Source: Octopus vulgaris (lineage: Eukaryota). Taken from it: a DNA stretch of 64,000 nt. The notes below the pieces were generated by a model. That model was not told the DNA's origin. It saw only the letters and a program-made list of their open reading frames with translations, and ran no database searches. The stretch's first letter is position 1; each line of letters begins with the position of its first letter. A program made the position numbers and the translations under genes. This document shows, piece after piece, positions 1-12,140 of this stretch. The stretch lies in NCBI GenBank assembly GCA_951406725.2, contig OX597833.1, positions 65,286,001 to 65,350,000 of the forward strand, given 5' to 3'.

Positions 1-150
1 TAGTCGCTTACATGGAACCCGGTACTCAATTAGTACTTGTTTTATCGGCCCTGAAATGTTGGAAAGCATCGTTAACGTCGGCGGAATTCGAACTCAGAAT
101 GTAAAATCAGATGAAATGCCACAAAGCATTGTGCCCGGTGCGAGAGTGAG
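1..150 (-). mobile_element. SINE family A, degenerate fragment
   Basis: Contains cggcggaattcgaactcagaatgtaa...gaaatgcc...aagcatt, matching family A copies at 428-661 and 28063-28477. Confidence 0.7.
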
Positions 151-427
151 GAGGCAAGATGGTAAAAAAATAAGGGCGAGGGATAAAAGCGAAATACAAA
201 AGGGAAGGTGTTAGAGGAATTTGACAGAAGTGGGAGGTGGGAATAAGAATGCAATAAATAATTTTAAAAAATTATAATCAAATAAAAGAATTAAAATTAA
301 ATAAAAGTAAATAAATAAATATACAATATTAAAATAAAGAAATAAAAATGATGAGAAGTAGAAGAATCATCCCAAACGACAAATATCAAGGTATTTTCGA
401 GAATCTTCAAATGCAGCAAAATATATC

Positions 428-661
428 TATTTCTTTACTACCCACAAGGGGCCAAACACAGTGATGACAAACAAAGACAAACAAACGGATTAAGTCGATT
501 ATATCGACCCCAGTGCATAACTGGTACTTATTTAATCGACCCTGACAGGATGAAAGGCAAAGTCGACCTCGGCGGAATTTGAACTCAGAATGTAATGACA
601 GACGAAATACTGCTAAGCATTTCGCCCGGCGTGCTAACGATTCTTCCACCTCGTCGCCTTG
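428..661 (-). mobile_element. SINE family A (tRNA-like head, gtcgactttgcctttcatcc central domain), full length
   Basis: Reverse complement of the multi-copy ggcggcgagctggcag...gagttcaaattccgccgaggtcgac...gtagtaaagaaata unit. The 17-bp TSD atgcagcaaa[a/g]tatatc is at 411-427 and 662-678. Confidence 0.9.
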
Positions 662-1371
662 ATGCAGCAAAGTATATCGTCAGTGATCAGGTGGAAATTA
701 ATGAGCGACGAAAATATTGACACCATATTAGAAGTAAATATTTAAGTGACTCGCACTGTGATTCAGTGTCTCTGAATTGCTTTAGTTTCGGTACACCACT
801 TCAGGTGACAACAATTGCTATGTAAGTACATCTCCGTAACAAGGAGCAAAAAAATAATAAAATAAAATAGAAAAATAAATCTGCGATCAGCAGAGGATTT
901 ACAAAAAAAAAATTTCAGATCTATTCATCTGTTTATGCTGAGAGAAGAATTTGAAAAATTAACGAAATAAAGTCTCTTATTTAAACTTATTATGGTGTTA
1001 AAGAATCTTCGGAGAAAATTTATCACAAATTGCTAATTTTTTTCTTTTTGTTGCTCTTCTACTCTGATTTTTTTTATATTAGACCGACCACATTTTTTGA
1101 GAACCACGTGGCGCTTTTCTCCCAGCGTAGGAGAGATTTCAATTCTTCTTTTTCACAGTCCTCTCAATATTTCTACTGTTTAAATGCTGATCGTTGAAAC
1201 TCAAGTTCAAAGTTGTTCTTTTAAAATAATCTTGCAGAATTTTGGGTGGAACAAAACATATTTGTGGACGATTTGCACTTCCATACTTTAGGTAAGGAGA
1301 ATGAACTCCCCATATTATTATCATATATATATACTATACATTTTATAACAAAATATTATTTCAATAAGTAT

Positions 1372-1374
<3 letters not shown>

Positions 1375-1430
<56 letters not shown>

Positions 1431-1485
1431 ATCCATAAATATATATATATAGAGAGAGAGAGAAAGAGAGAGATAGGTAGATACG

Positions 1486-1580
<95 letters not shown>
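1375..1580. repeat. Compound microsatellite (TA)n-(TG)n-(GA)n-(AGAT)n
   Basis: Directly visible. Confidence 0.95.
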
Positions 1581-1581
<1 letters not shown>

Positions 1582-2233
1582 ATTCTAAATAAGTTTCAAT
1601 TCAAACTTTGTTATTAATTTCTTCCTTATTTAGATATTTACGCCTCCAATCCAACGTACCCCGTCCGGAAACAAAATATTGCCACGCCTCCTTCAAGACG
1701 CAACGTATAAAACAATTAGACTGGTGTACGATGTACTAAGAGTTCGTACAGGTGGAACCAGAGTAGCAGGAGTGGCTTGTTACTGGCTCTTAGTTTTGAT
1801 CAAGTAGGTAGTGACCAGATAAATTGTTGTCCTAAGGAGTGTTGCACTCATTAACCAACATAATTTCAAGTTTCAACAACATAGATATACGCATAAGATG
1901 AAAACAATCTTGCTATTTCTGGAGTTTTCTATTTTCTATTTGCCTCTCAGCTCTCTCTTTTAAAAGATTGGCGCAACTTTTGTAGAGATTTCAGTGCATA
2001 TATATTTCTGTTAGAATCTTTATGATATTCAAAGCAAATAAACATAAGGGCTATAATTCCATTTCATATTCCAATAACGTCTCGAGTAATTGCTGTTATG
2101 CTTCCATCCAGTCAGCCACCCATCCATCCATATATATGTATATATATGATATATTAATAAATAAAACGTATGCATATATATATATATATATATATGTACG
2201 TACCTACCTCTACATGTATATATACACGCATAT

Positions 2234-2408
2234 ATGAGTACAGGACACCAAAAAAACGTCGAACACAATGAGAAACGAAAACATAGACACAAACCCAAGG
2301 AACTGGACATTTTTCTTAGACAAAAAAAAAATAGAGTACAGGACAAATAACACAAGGAAAAAAACCCTTCTTCAGTCGCCATGGTTTCATCTACTCTACG
2401 TTTCGAAG

Positions 2409-2411
<3 letters not shown>
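2234..2411 (-). mobile_element. Putative non-autonomous Penelope-like fragment between (TA)n tracts, with hammerhead half-motifs
   Basis: The minus strand reads ccttCGAAACGTAgag...CTGAAGAagggtttttttcctt and ends near tgtac then TA-rich repeat, like 2874-3052 and 41834-41928. Confidence 0.5.
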
Positions 2412-2464
<53 letters not shown>

Positions 2465-2469
<5 letters not shown>

Positions 2470-2833
2470 TGATCAAAATAAAATAAAAACATGATGCGAA
2501 GGATTCAGCGGTACATATGTTTCGGGCCTTTATTAGACAGATTTATAACAATGCATAATGTATGTCTATGTCGTACGTGAATGAGAGGATTTGCATCCCC
2601 AACCAAGAATTTTTGATGTAACACATGTCCTTGTGGAAGCTGTTGTGCGCGGCTGAAGAAGGCCACATACATACATTATGCATTGTTATAAATCTGTCTA
2701 ATAAAGGCCCGAAACATATGTACCGCTGAATCCTTCGCATCATGTTTTTATTTTATTTTGATCAATTTACTCCACCACCTACACCACCAAACGGTATACA
2801 CAGGTGCTTATAATTATCAAGTACTCACCCCGA

Positions 2834-2838
<5 letters not shown>
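2465..2838 (+). mobile_element. Penelope-like/retrozyme-type non-autonomous element with inverted partial copy
   Basis: Perfect 101-bp inverted repeat (2465-2565 / 2669-2769), internal hammerhead motif, and (TA)n on both sides. Confidence 0.65.
2649..2726 (+). ncRNA. Type I hammerhead ribozyme motif (minimal, palindromic stem III)
   Basis: GCGG-CTGAAGA-a-GGCC-(41 nt)-GGCC-c-GAAA-CATATG-TA-CCGC. Stem I is GCGG/CCGC, the core is CUGANGA, stem II is GGCC/GGCC, stem III is ACAU/AUGU, and the GUA cleavage triplet ends at 2722. Confidence 0.7.
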
Positions 2839-2873
<35 letters not shown>

Positions 2874-2878
<5 letters not shown>

Positions 2879-3052
2879 AGGAACAAAAAAAGCAATAAAG
2901 GGCATTAAAGCGTTCGGACAGGTAGACGACACAAAGGCGGACAAGAGAAACAACTATTAGAAGGACAGGCAAAAAAAAAAAAAGTGACGTGTCATTCATG
3001 GGATTCGTTCATCAGACAAGTACCAAAAGCCCCGACCATTTCGGACAGAGTT
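2874..3052 (-). mobile_element. Putative Penelope-like fragment with degenerate hammerhead half-motifs
   Basis: The minus strand reads gtcCGAAAtggtc...ttgtCTGATGAacgaat...gacacgtc and abuts (TA)n through tgtac. Confidence 0.45.
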
Positions 3053-3112
3053 TTGTATTTCTTTCATAAATATCTCTAAAAAATCTCATAACTTCTGTAA
3101 TGCATCTCACTT

Positions 3113-3345
3113 GTTTCTTTACTACCCACAAGGGGTTAAACACAGAGAGGACAAAACAAGGACAGACAAAGTGGTTAAGTCGATTAGATCAACCCCAGTA
3201 TGCAACTGGTACTTAATTTATCGACCCCGAAAGGATGAAAGGCAAATTCGACCTCGGCGGAATTTAAACTCAGAACGTAATGGCAAACGAAAAACCGCTT
3301 AGCATTTCGCCCGGCGTGCTAGCGTTTCTGCCCGCTCGCCGCCTT
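3113..3345 (-). mobile_element. SINE family A, full length
   Basis: Matches family A. TSD cttctg[t/a]aatgcatct is at about 3092-3107 and 3343-3358. Confidence 0.9.
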
Positions 3346-4262
3346 CTGAAATGCATCTATCTGGCTGTGTATTTCATATGGCTTGGTAGGTTTTTATAAT
3401 GGCCTTGTGTCTCCAAGCGATCTCCAGGCTCTGATCATATGGTGTGTTCTATTTGAAAATCAGAAAAAGAAAAGAGAAGAAAGCAAGACGGTTGATGAAT
3501 CTCTTTTAGTATTTGTATACGATAGAACCATTCTCAATGTGTATGCGTTTGTGATTTGGGCAGCTATGTATAATACTGCAATATAAAGCATAAACAGAAA
3601 ACAAAAATGATGTACAATTAAATTGTCATTGACAAGGATGTTTTTGAGACATTCTATGGTAATTAAAAAAAAAATTGTTTATGTGTTTGGAGGAATCAAT
3701 ATTGGAGCAGAGATTTCGACTGGTGTGTGTGTTTTATACTGTTGGTTGGTGATGGATGTAAACATGGCTTTCGAAGACTGTTCGTCAAGGATGAAAAAGA
3801 AGTAGATTTAAAATTTATTAATTTTTCTGCCACTGCCGTTTGACATAAGAATGGTGGACGGCGTGGAGGTTGTAAGATAATAATTGTTGGTTTGCAAGAT
3901 CATAAATTTGAGGCTTTATTTATAGATGAAGAGTAAATCTGTGTGTTTACTAGTAGATGTCATAAGTAGGGTGGGGCTTGAACGAAGAATGATGGACATC
4001 GATGGCGCACCGTAAATCTGTAAACTAAATCTCACAGACGGGCTATGCATATATGTAGTATGTACAAGTATAAGTCAATACACATACACACAATCATATG
4101 CAGGTATATTTGTGCTTGTGTATGTGTATTAGTGTGAGTTTATGTGTGCGCGTGTGTGTATCAGTTCTGACCTAAATATCTGGAGAAGAGTTACTCAGAA
4201 CAAGAGTATAGCGCAAGAGTTTATGGACCAGTCGAAAAAGCAATACTCTGCAATATATGTAT

Positions 4263-4308
<46 letters not shown>

Positions 4309-4310
<2 letters not shown>

Positions 4311-4602
4311 AAAAAAATGGTAAGACAACAAAAGAAAAAAAAGATACCTCGATATTATGTAAATAGAGGAATTTATCTTATCTGTAAATGTAATACGTGT
4401 CAATTATTCGGTAGCCAAGATAAAACTCCGAGTTTCGGATGCCGAGGTGGAAATCCAGGCCGCCATCTCTTCAGTTATCCGGCCATTGGAAAAATGCCGA
4501 TGGCCGCATGAAAAAAGAGATGGCGGCGTGGATTTCTACCTCGGCATGCGAAACTCGGAGTCTTATCATGGCTACCGAATAATTGACACATATTACATTT
4601 AC

Positions 4603-4607
<5 letters not shown>
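4309..4607 (-). mobile_element. Penelope-like non-autonomous element with 93-bp inverted repeat, between (TA)n tracts
   Basis: Arms 4379-4471 and 4515-4607 (about 6 mismatches), a hammerhead motif in the left arm, and (TA)n on both sides. Confidence 0.65.
4419..4479 (-). ncRNA. Type I hammerhead ribozyme motif
   Basis: The minus strand reads GATAA-CTGAAGA-GATG...CATC-c-GAAA-CTCGGAG-TT-TTATC. It has a 5-bp stem I, a canonical core, stem III ACUC-G-GAGU and a GUU triplet (GUC in the inverted arm). Confidence 0.7.
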
Positions 4608-4667
<60 letters not shown>

Positions 4668-4790
4668 GAGATATAACCTCCATAAAGTAATTCAATTAAT
4701 ACTGAAAGATATATTAATTTAAATATATTATTATTAACGTTGTATTAAAAATGTCTACACTTTATAAGGACTTTAATATTACATACATAT

Positions 4791-4858
<68 letters not shown>

Positions 4859-4862
<4 letters not shown>

Positions 4863-5010
4863 CTCCATACAAGAAAACACAAAAAAAAAACCACAGCAAC
4901 GCGAGGACGTGGAATAAAGTATTATTGGACGCTCAGGAAAGAAGGAAAGAAGGAGGATTTAACGTTTCGACCGGAGCTCTTCGTCGGAAACATAGGAGAA
5001 GGATAGATCC
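4859..5010 (-). mobile_element. Short hammerhead-bearing element (family PLE-N1), divergent copy
   Basis: Minus 4958-4990 reads TTT-CCGACGA-a-GAGC-tccg-GTC-GAAA-C-GT-T-AAA. It shares tatt..acgctcaggaa with 35117-35281 and is flanked by (TA)n. Confidence 0.6.
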
Positions 5011-5012
5011 CA

Positions 5013-5061
<49 letters not shown>

Positions 5062-5574
5062 GAATAAATGTGTATGTGTGTGTGTGTGCGTGCATGCGTG
5101 TGTTTGTGCGTATGTACATGTATATGTATACATACAAGACACATGTGTACATGTATGTGCAGGGCGATACAAATGTAATGTATGTGTGTAAGAAGTAACG
5201 CATAAATATAACGAGGAACAATTGCTGGAAATGAATATTTGCAATATCACTGATATTATCTCCCTTTATTTTTTTCAAATATATTTTGCTCTATTCATCC
5301 CTTATAATGCAGTCCACAAGACACGACACACTCTATATCGGAATATTTTTAATAAGTGAACTTTCGTTTTGGTAAGATGACACACACACAAACACACGTA
5401 CATCTATATATATATAGAGAGAGAGAGCGAGAGAGAGAAAGATAGACAGACAGATTGCAGAACAGACAGGCAGACAGTCAGGCAGATAATGAATTTGCAT
5501 TCTGAAGACTATTTTCGTCGGGGAAACATTTATGAACAGATTGATTCTTTTCCATGATTTGATATTAATAAATA

Positions 5575-5575
5575 A

Positions 5576-5638
<63 letters not shown>

Positions 5639-5772
5639 TACACACATGTGTATATATACGTAGTTTCATACACATACACACACATATACATATATGTGTA
5701 CATATGTATGTATATATATTATATATATATACATATATGTATAACTATACATATATTATATGTATGTGTATA

Positions 5773-5855
<83 letters not shown>
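5575..5855. repeat. (TA)n/(TACA)n microsatellite block
   Basis: Directly visible. Confidence 0.95.
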
Positions 5856-5857
<2 letters not shown>

Positions 5858-6157
5858 ATATAGAAATGTGTGTGTGTGCATATTAACCATATGTCGGAGG
5901 TCAAATACTAAGTTGAATGTGTCATATACGAAAAATTATTTCTCGTTCCATAAAGTTATTGGTCGGTATTTTAAGCTCATCCTGAACAGAATGTTGCTAA
6001 CTCGCTGTCGTCGGTGACGTTGTCGTTGCTATCGCCGCCGCCGCCATCTTAGTATGTGTTTGACTCACTTTCCTCCCACCCTCCCCCTTTCTTTGCAGCA
6101 CCACTATTGTGTTGTGCGTGTGTGACGTAAGTTTGCATTGGCTTCGTTGCGGCTGTG

Positions 6158-6550
<393 letters not shown>

Positions 6551-7030
6551 GTGGTGGTCCTCGTCGTCGTCATAGTCGTGGTGGCGTTGCCGGTGGTGGC
6601 AGCAGCGGAGTAGTTGTGTGCCGATATTGATTTTAATTGCGGTTATTTTTTTTCTTCTTTTAATGTAATATTTCAATAATAAAGATTAACCACGTCATAA
6701 ACATAAACCTCTTAAAACTTGTGTCTTTCGTCTTTAGTCTTTTTTTTATTTTTTATTTTCTTTTTGGGTTTTTTTTCATTGAGCAAAATTTTATAAAATG
6801 GCTGCTCTTTTTTTTTATCGATTAACGTTCTTCTTCTGTGTCGGTCGATTTATTTCAATGCCTTTGTTTTATATATTTCTTTCTTGTAGACGTTGTTGTT
6901 CTTTTAATTTTCGCTTTTAATCAAACCTTAGTCAATCCGCATTGACCGGGATTATGATTAAATCTATTCCAGCCGTGGCCCTCCCTCTTTTTCTCAGGAC
7001 ACTTTTGAGCACTAAGTCACACATTACTAT

Positions 7031-7339
7031 ATCACGTGATCACGTGACTGACCAGACCATTAGATGTTGTTACACATCGCTGGTCACAATGCACTTCGCA
7101 TTATTTTAGCCTTCGAACGACGCCACTCCGCTGACTAAGCGAGCAGGCCAACAGAAGAAAGAGTGAAAGAAACAGTGGTGAAAGAGTACAGCAGGGATCA
7201 CCACTCCCTGCCGGAGCCTCTTTGGAGCTTTTAGGTGTTTTCGCTCAATAAACACACACAACGCCCGGTCTGGGAATCGAAACCGCGTTCCTACGACCGC
7301 GAGTCCGCTGCCCTAACCAGTGGGCCATTGCGCCTCCAC
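7031..7339 (-). mobile_element. SINE family C (tRNA-derived head) with tail type 1
   Basis: Head gtggaggcgcaatggcccactggttagggcagcgg...gtttcgattccc (A and B boxes). The tail ends in gtcacgtgatcacgtgat. TSD cacacattactatat is at 7018-7032 and 7337-7351. Confidence 0.9.
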
Positions 7340-7544
7340 ACATTACTATATGGATATCTTAAATGCCAAGCGAAAAGTCCTGCAGTTGTCATCTCTGCCC
7401 ACCCCGTTACTTGGGTTTGCGCGCAATCCGATCAGTTGGTTTTCCCTTGACTGTGTATAAATTTGTACCACATAAACACTTACACCCATTCATACACAAA
7501 TATACATATACATTCGCTGCTTTCTTCCAAGGAATCTACTGCTC

Positions 7545-7875
7545 TTAGCTTGCGGAAAGTGTAACCTCTCGAAGGAGCTGTTCTTCACTCCTGCTCCAGA
7601 GCGTCGGCTGCGGGGTCATTCCGAAATGCTCTATCTGCGACGATTTCATCTCAATCGAAGGAGAGGGCTTTCTCCGTCCGGGTTGCGGATCCGTGGAATA
7701 AGCTGCCGGACGAGATGGTGAAGATGCTGACGACCGCTCGGTTCAAAGTCTCTCTGGACCAGAAATGGCCTGAACTCTTTACATGAACACCACTCTGTAC
7801 ATAACTCCATGTCCCCCTACATGGCCTTGCTTTTTTTGCTTTTTGAGCCCAAAAATTAACTAACTAACTAACTAA
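7545..7875 (+). mobile_element. CR1-clade LINE 3' end (5'-truncated)
   Basis: Translates LFFTPAPERRLRGHSEMLYLRRFHLNRRR(fs)FSVRVADPWNKLPDEMVK...FKVSLDQKW, the RGH...FS.RV...WN.LP...FK..LD C-terminus typical of CR1 ORF2. The 3' tail is (TAAC)n. Confidence 0.85.
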
Positions 7876-8649
7876 ATACAGCTTCATTTAATATTAGGTG
7901 AGGGTTATTGTCTTAATCGATCTGAATGGCGTAAAATGTGTCATAATGCATCTGAACAATTTCTGTTGAAGAAACAGGACAATAAAAAAAAAGGGCCTGC
8001 AATCGTCAGACACATTTGTCCAATCCCAGGCAAAATCGAAATCATTGAGTATCCACATTGTGTGTCCTCAACGCAGTTTCTTTTATTTTTAATCCTTTTT
8101 TACATTCTTTCTGTCAAACACTCATACTTCAACATCGACGAGAGCAACCATCACAATACATGGTGCTGCACTGAAATTTTACGTTATCGAAAGAGGACAA
8201 TTCACTCTGCTGATACTTAAAGAATCGGACTTGACAAAGCACAAGCATAGATCTATGCATTACAAAATGTTCTGGGTTCCTCATAATTTTTCTATTCTTC
8301 AGATCAGTTTCAGGAAACCAATTCTATAAGTATGTCTCCTGCATAACATAACGAGCAAGCTTGCCACTGCATCTAATTGTTCTCTAAAACGTGAGGATGT
8401 TATTGCAAGGATTTTCTGGCTTCTATTTCCATGAGATCAAGGGGCAACATAGGGGCCTCTCACTAGTTCTATTCCTTTACGATGTGATTTTTTAGGGGCT
8501 CCCTCATTAATTTATATATGGTGCAGTTAAAAGGCATAGGGTTTTGGTGACTAACAAGTTTAAACATTTTGTTTTCATATCTAATATTTTCATGAACAAA
8601 GAAATGGGATCGGCGAACATATTTTCTGTTTTTGTTTGTTCTTTTACGT

Positions 8650-9150
8650 AATTTATTCGTTGAACTGCGACCATGCTGGGGCACTTCCTTGGAGCCTTTA
8701 GTCATACAAATCGATCACAGTTGAAGTACAGCCTGGTACTTACTTTATCGGCTGTTTTTTGCCGAACTGTTAAGTTATGCTGGAAGAAACTAACCAACAC
8801 TCTTTAACCATGTGTTGGTGCGTCAAAGATAAAGACACGCATATGCATACATCCATACATACATAAGTATGCACACACACACACACGCACAGAAATATAT
8901 ATATATAAATATATATTCATTGAGAGAGAAAGAGAGAGAGAGTGAGAGAGGTAGACAGACTGAAATATACTGACAGACACACATGCAGATACAGAACCGG
9001 CTTCCATACAATATTATCCTCTGCCAAATTGACTCCCCAAGGATTGGTCAGCCCACGGTTATAGCAGAAGGCAACTGTCCACTTGTGGCTCAATGATTAA
9101 AGTTGTTGCTACGTGGTTAGAGAACGAAGTATTTAACCACGTAGCTTTGC
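8650..9150 (-). mobile_element. SINE family B, old degenerate copy
   Basis: ctgcgaccatgctggggcac...tttgccgaactgttaagttat...ttggtcagccc..ttatagcagaag matches family B. Confidence 0.7.
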
Positions 9151-10460
9151 CTTTCTGATACACTTCCACTGACAACAAAGTCACTACATACAAACCCGAA
9201 TGCTTTGCACACAAGAGGTATATACACCAAAGATTATAAGAGGTATACTTAACTATTTTAGCTACAACTGCGTTTATAAATTCAATGAATTTATTGGATA
9301 TATAACAATCTTAAATGTGTTATTTTTATACCATCCCAACATGAATATTAGAAGAGGGCATGGTTGGAACACAGCGTTTTAACTATTTCTACGCTTAGAT
9401 TACTAATCGGCATTATAGTTATATAATCGGCATTATAGAGGGGTAGCTCTAGTAGGTCTCTGTTTTAGAGACCACTGGAACAGTACATAAGCACAATAAA
9501 GTCGTATGTATTTAACTTACAAACCCAGTGGTAATTATAGTCATCGGGAATACCGCAGAGGAAATTTTAGAATGAAAAATAAACACTGCTGCCGTGTCAA
9601 TATTTTACAGAATGCATGTATGGCTGTTAATTTCATTACATAAGTTGACTAAATAGACACATTAGTGAATTTTGCTTTTTGATGCTGCTCTGTACTACAG
9701 AGTAAATCTATTGAGTTTAACCAATAATAGACGACGGTTCTAAAGCCCGTATCTTTATATAGAATATCTTCGTAGAAATAAATATTAGATATAGATATTT
9801 TATATAGGCAAGGTGTTTACAACCGTCTGTTACAGTGTTGGCATAAATCTATAGATGCACTATAAAGTATAGAATAACATTGAAATTTAACTTTGTCTAT
9901 TGTATTCCTCACAACTTTGTTTCAATATTATTCATGTGAGTCAGACATCTCAATGTTTATGTCTTTATTACCCATTCTTAGCATTATTTTGGTAAATATA
10001 ATTGACAGCACGTAAGGGAAAGCGTATCATCCACAGTCAAAGCACAGTTCTTTCTTACTTACAAAATATTCTGAACATAAATCTATTGATTCTACGAATA
10101 ATTTCGATAATATTCTTTGAAAAACAACCCTACTATAAACATAGCAAAATACAATATTTTTTTTAAAAATGTGTTTTCTGTTGTTCTCTAGCAAATCAAC
10201 TTTGAACGAACAAGACTCAGAATTCAGGCATTCCTGCTGTTACCAACCAGAATTGTATTCAGAAACACCAAATCTCTAACGAATACTATACAGTCTCCCC
10301 TCCGGGGTTAGTCAGTATTGTAAATTACCCAGGAAAAGTAGAATAAATCGTTCAGACCAGCAAATAAAATAATAAATTTCTTGGTGAACCCAAAGATGTT
10401 ACTGTCACTCTAAGTCAACACCATGACATCTGAAGTTTCTTTACAAAACAATAAAAATAT

Positions 10461-10845
10461 AGGCGTAGGAGTGGCTGTGTGGTAAGTAGCTTGCTTATCA
10501 ACCAAATGGTTCCGAGTTCAGTCCCACTGCGTGGCACCTTGACTAAGTGTCTTCTACTATAGCCTCGGGCCGACCAAAGCCTTGTGAGTGGATTTGGTCG
10601 ACGGAAACTGAAAGAAACCCGTCGTATATATGTATATATATATGTTTATATGTATGTGTGTGTATATGTTTGTGTGTCTGTGTTAGTCCCACCAACATCG
10701 CTTGACAACCGATGCTGGTGTGTTTACGTCACCGTAACTTAGCGGTTCGGCAAAAGAGGGACCGATAGAATAAGTACTAGGCTTACAAAAAATAAGTCCT
10801 GGGGTCGATTTACTCGACTAAAGGCAGTGCTCAAGCATGGCCATA
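10461..10845 (+). mobile_element. SINE family B (tRNA head, CORE-like segment, internal microsatellite), 3'-truncated
   Basis: ggcgtaggagtggctgtgtggtaag (A box), gagttcagtcc (B box), caccttg..aagtgtctt CORE-like segment, internal (TA/TG)n and a 3' module. More than 10 copies occur in the window. Confidence 0.9.
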
Positions 10846-11172
10846 TTCAACCTCGGCTTGATTCATAATTTCCATTCCGCGACTCCTATCTGACAATGTT
10901 CCAGTATATACTCGCCCCAAGCTCTTGACGGCTTCTTCTTTGATTGTTGAAATGTTTTCTTCAGCTATTCGAAATTTTAATTCTTTCTGCACTTCCTTAA
11001 CAAATGTCAGACTACGCGACGTTTTTGGCTCTAAACCACATCCTTCATCACCACACAAGCTCGTCTAGTCTCAAGAGGGCACTCTGCATGATTTGCTTAC
11101 CTGTAGATAAAAGTGTCACGTCATCCATAAAGGCTTTCTTAGGCAATCGTACATGGGTGATTTGTTCCGAAA
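10846..11172 (-). mobile_element. HERO-like (RLE) non-LTR retrotransposon reverse-transcriptase fragment
   Basis: The minus strand reads LPKKAFMDDVTLLST...LRLDELVW**RMWFRAK(fs)KTSRSLTFVK...FRIAEENISTIKEEAVKSLGRVY. The AFMDD, KSRSL and VKSLG motifs are characteristic of HERO-type RTs. Stops and a frameshift are present. Confidence 0.8.
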
Positions 11173-11174
11173 AA

Positions 11175-11320
11175 TGTGGTAAGTAGCTTGCTAACCAGCC
11201 ACACGGTTCCGGGTTCAGTCCCACTGCGTGGCATCTTGGGCAAGTGTCTTCTGCTATAGCCCCGGGCCGACCAATGCCTTGTGAGAGGATTTGGTAGACG
11301 GAAACTGAAAGAAGCCTGTC

Positions 11321-11374
<54 letters not shown>

Positions 11375-11592
11375 ATGTTTGTGTGTCTGTGTTTGTCCCT
11401 GTTAGCATTGCTTGACAACCGATGCTGGTGTGTTTATGTCCCCGTCACTTAGCGGTTCGGCAAAAGAGACCGATAGAGTAAGTACTGAGCTTACAAAGAA
11501 TAAGTCCCGGGGTCGATTTGCTCGACTAAAGGCGGTGCTCCAGCATGGCCGCAGTCAAATGACTGAAACAAGTAAAAGAGTAAAGAGTAAAA
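11175..11592 (+). mobile_element. SINE family B, slightly 5'-truncated
   Basis: Near-identical to the other family B copies and ends in aagtaaaagagtaaagagtaaaag. Confidence 0.9.
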
Positions 11593-11788
11593 GAGAGAGG
11601 GCCTTCAAAATCATCTCCATGACTAAGATAAACCACGTGACAGATATTGTACAGTCAGCAGCAATGCTAATCTCCAATCCCCCCCCCACAAAAAAACGCT
11701 GAATTACATTTAAATATACATAGATATAAACACACACACACACATACGAATGTATGTACCTAGGTATATTTATGGATGTGTGCAGAAG

Positions 11789-12140
11789 CACAATGGCCCA
11801 GCTGACTCGCGGTCGTAAGATCGCAGTTTCGATTCCCAGACTGGGCGTTGTGAATGTTTATTGAGCGAGAGGCTCTTGCAGGAGGATGGTAGCGAACCCT
11901 CCTGTACTCTTTCACGACAATTTTCTCTCACACATTCTTCCTGTTTCTATTGTACCTGTATTTCAAAGGGGCCAGCCTTATCCCACTCTGTGTCACGCTG
12001 AATCTCCCCGAGAACTACGTCAAGGGTACACGTGTCTGTAGAGTGCTCAACCCCTTGCAGGTTAATCGTTAATTTCAAGAGCAGGCTGTTACGTCGAGCG
12101 AAACAGCTGCAAATCTGGTCGTCGTAACCGACGGAGTACA
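11789..12140 (+). mobile_element. SINE family C with tail type 2, internally deleted
   Basis: gcacaatggccc...gtttcgattcccagac head. The tail cctgtatttcaaagggg...gtcgtaaccgacggagt is shared with 31546-31929. Confidence 0.85.

Noticed and set aside
3360-3990. Possible highly decayed LINE coding remnant on the minus strand
   Set aside because: There is strand-biased composition but no motif I could identify with confidence.
5997-6052. AAGATGGCGGCGGC (YY1-like or start-codon-like motif) on the minus strand
   Set aside because: The frame stops after 16 codons, and a single motif in a GCC repeat is not enough to call a promoter or first exon.
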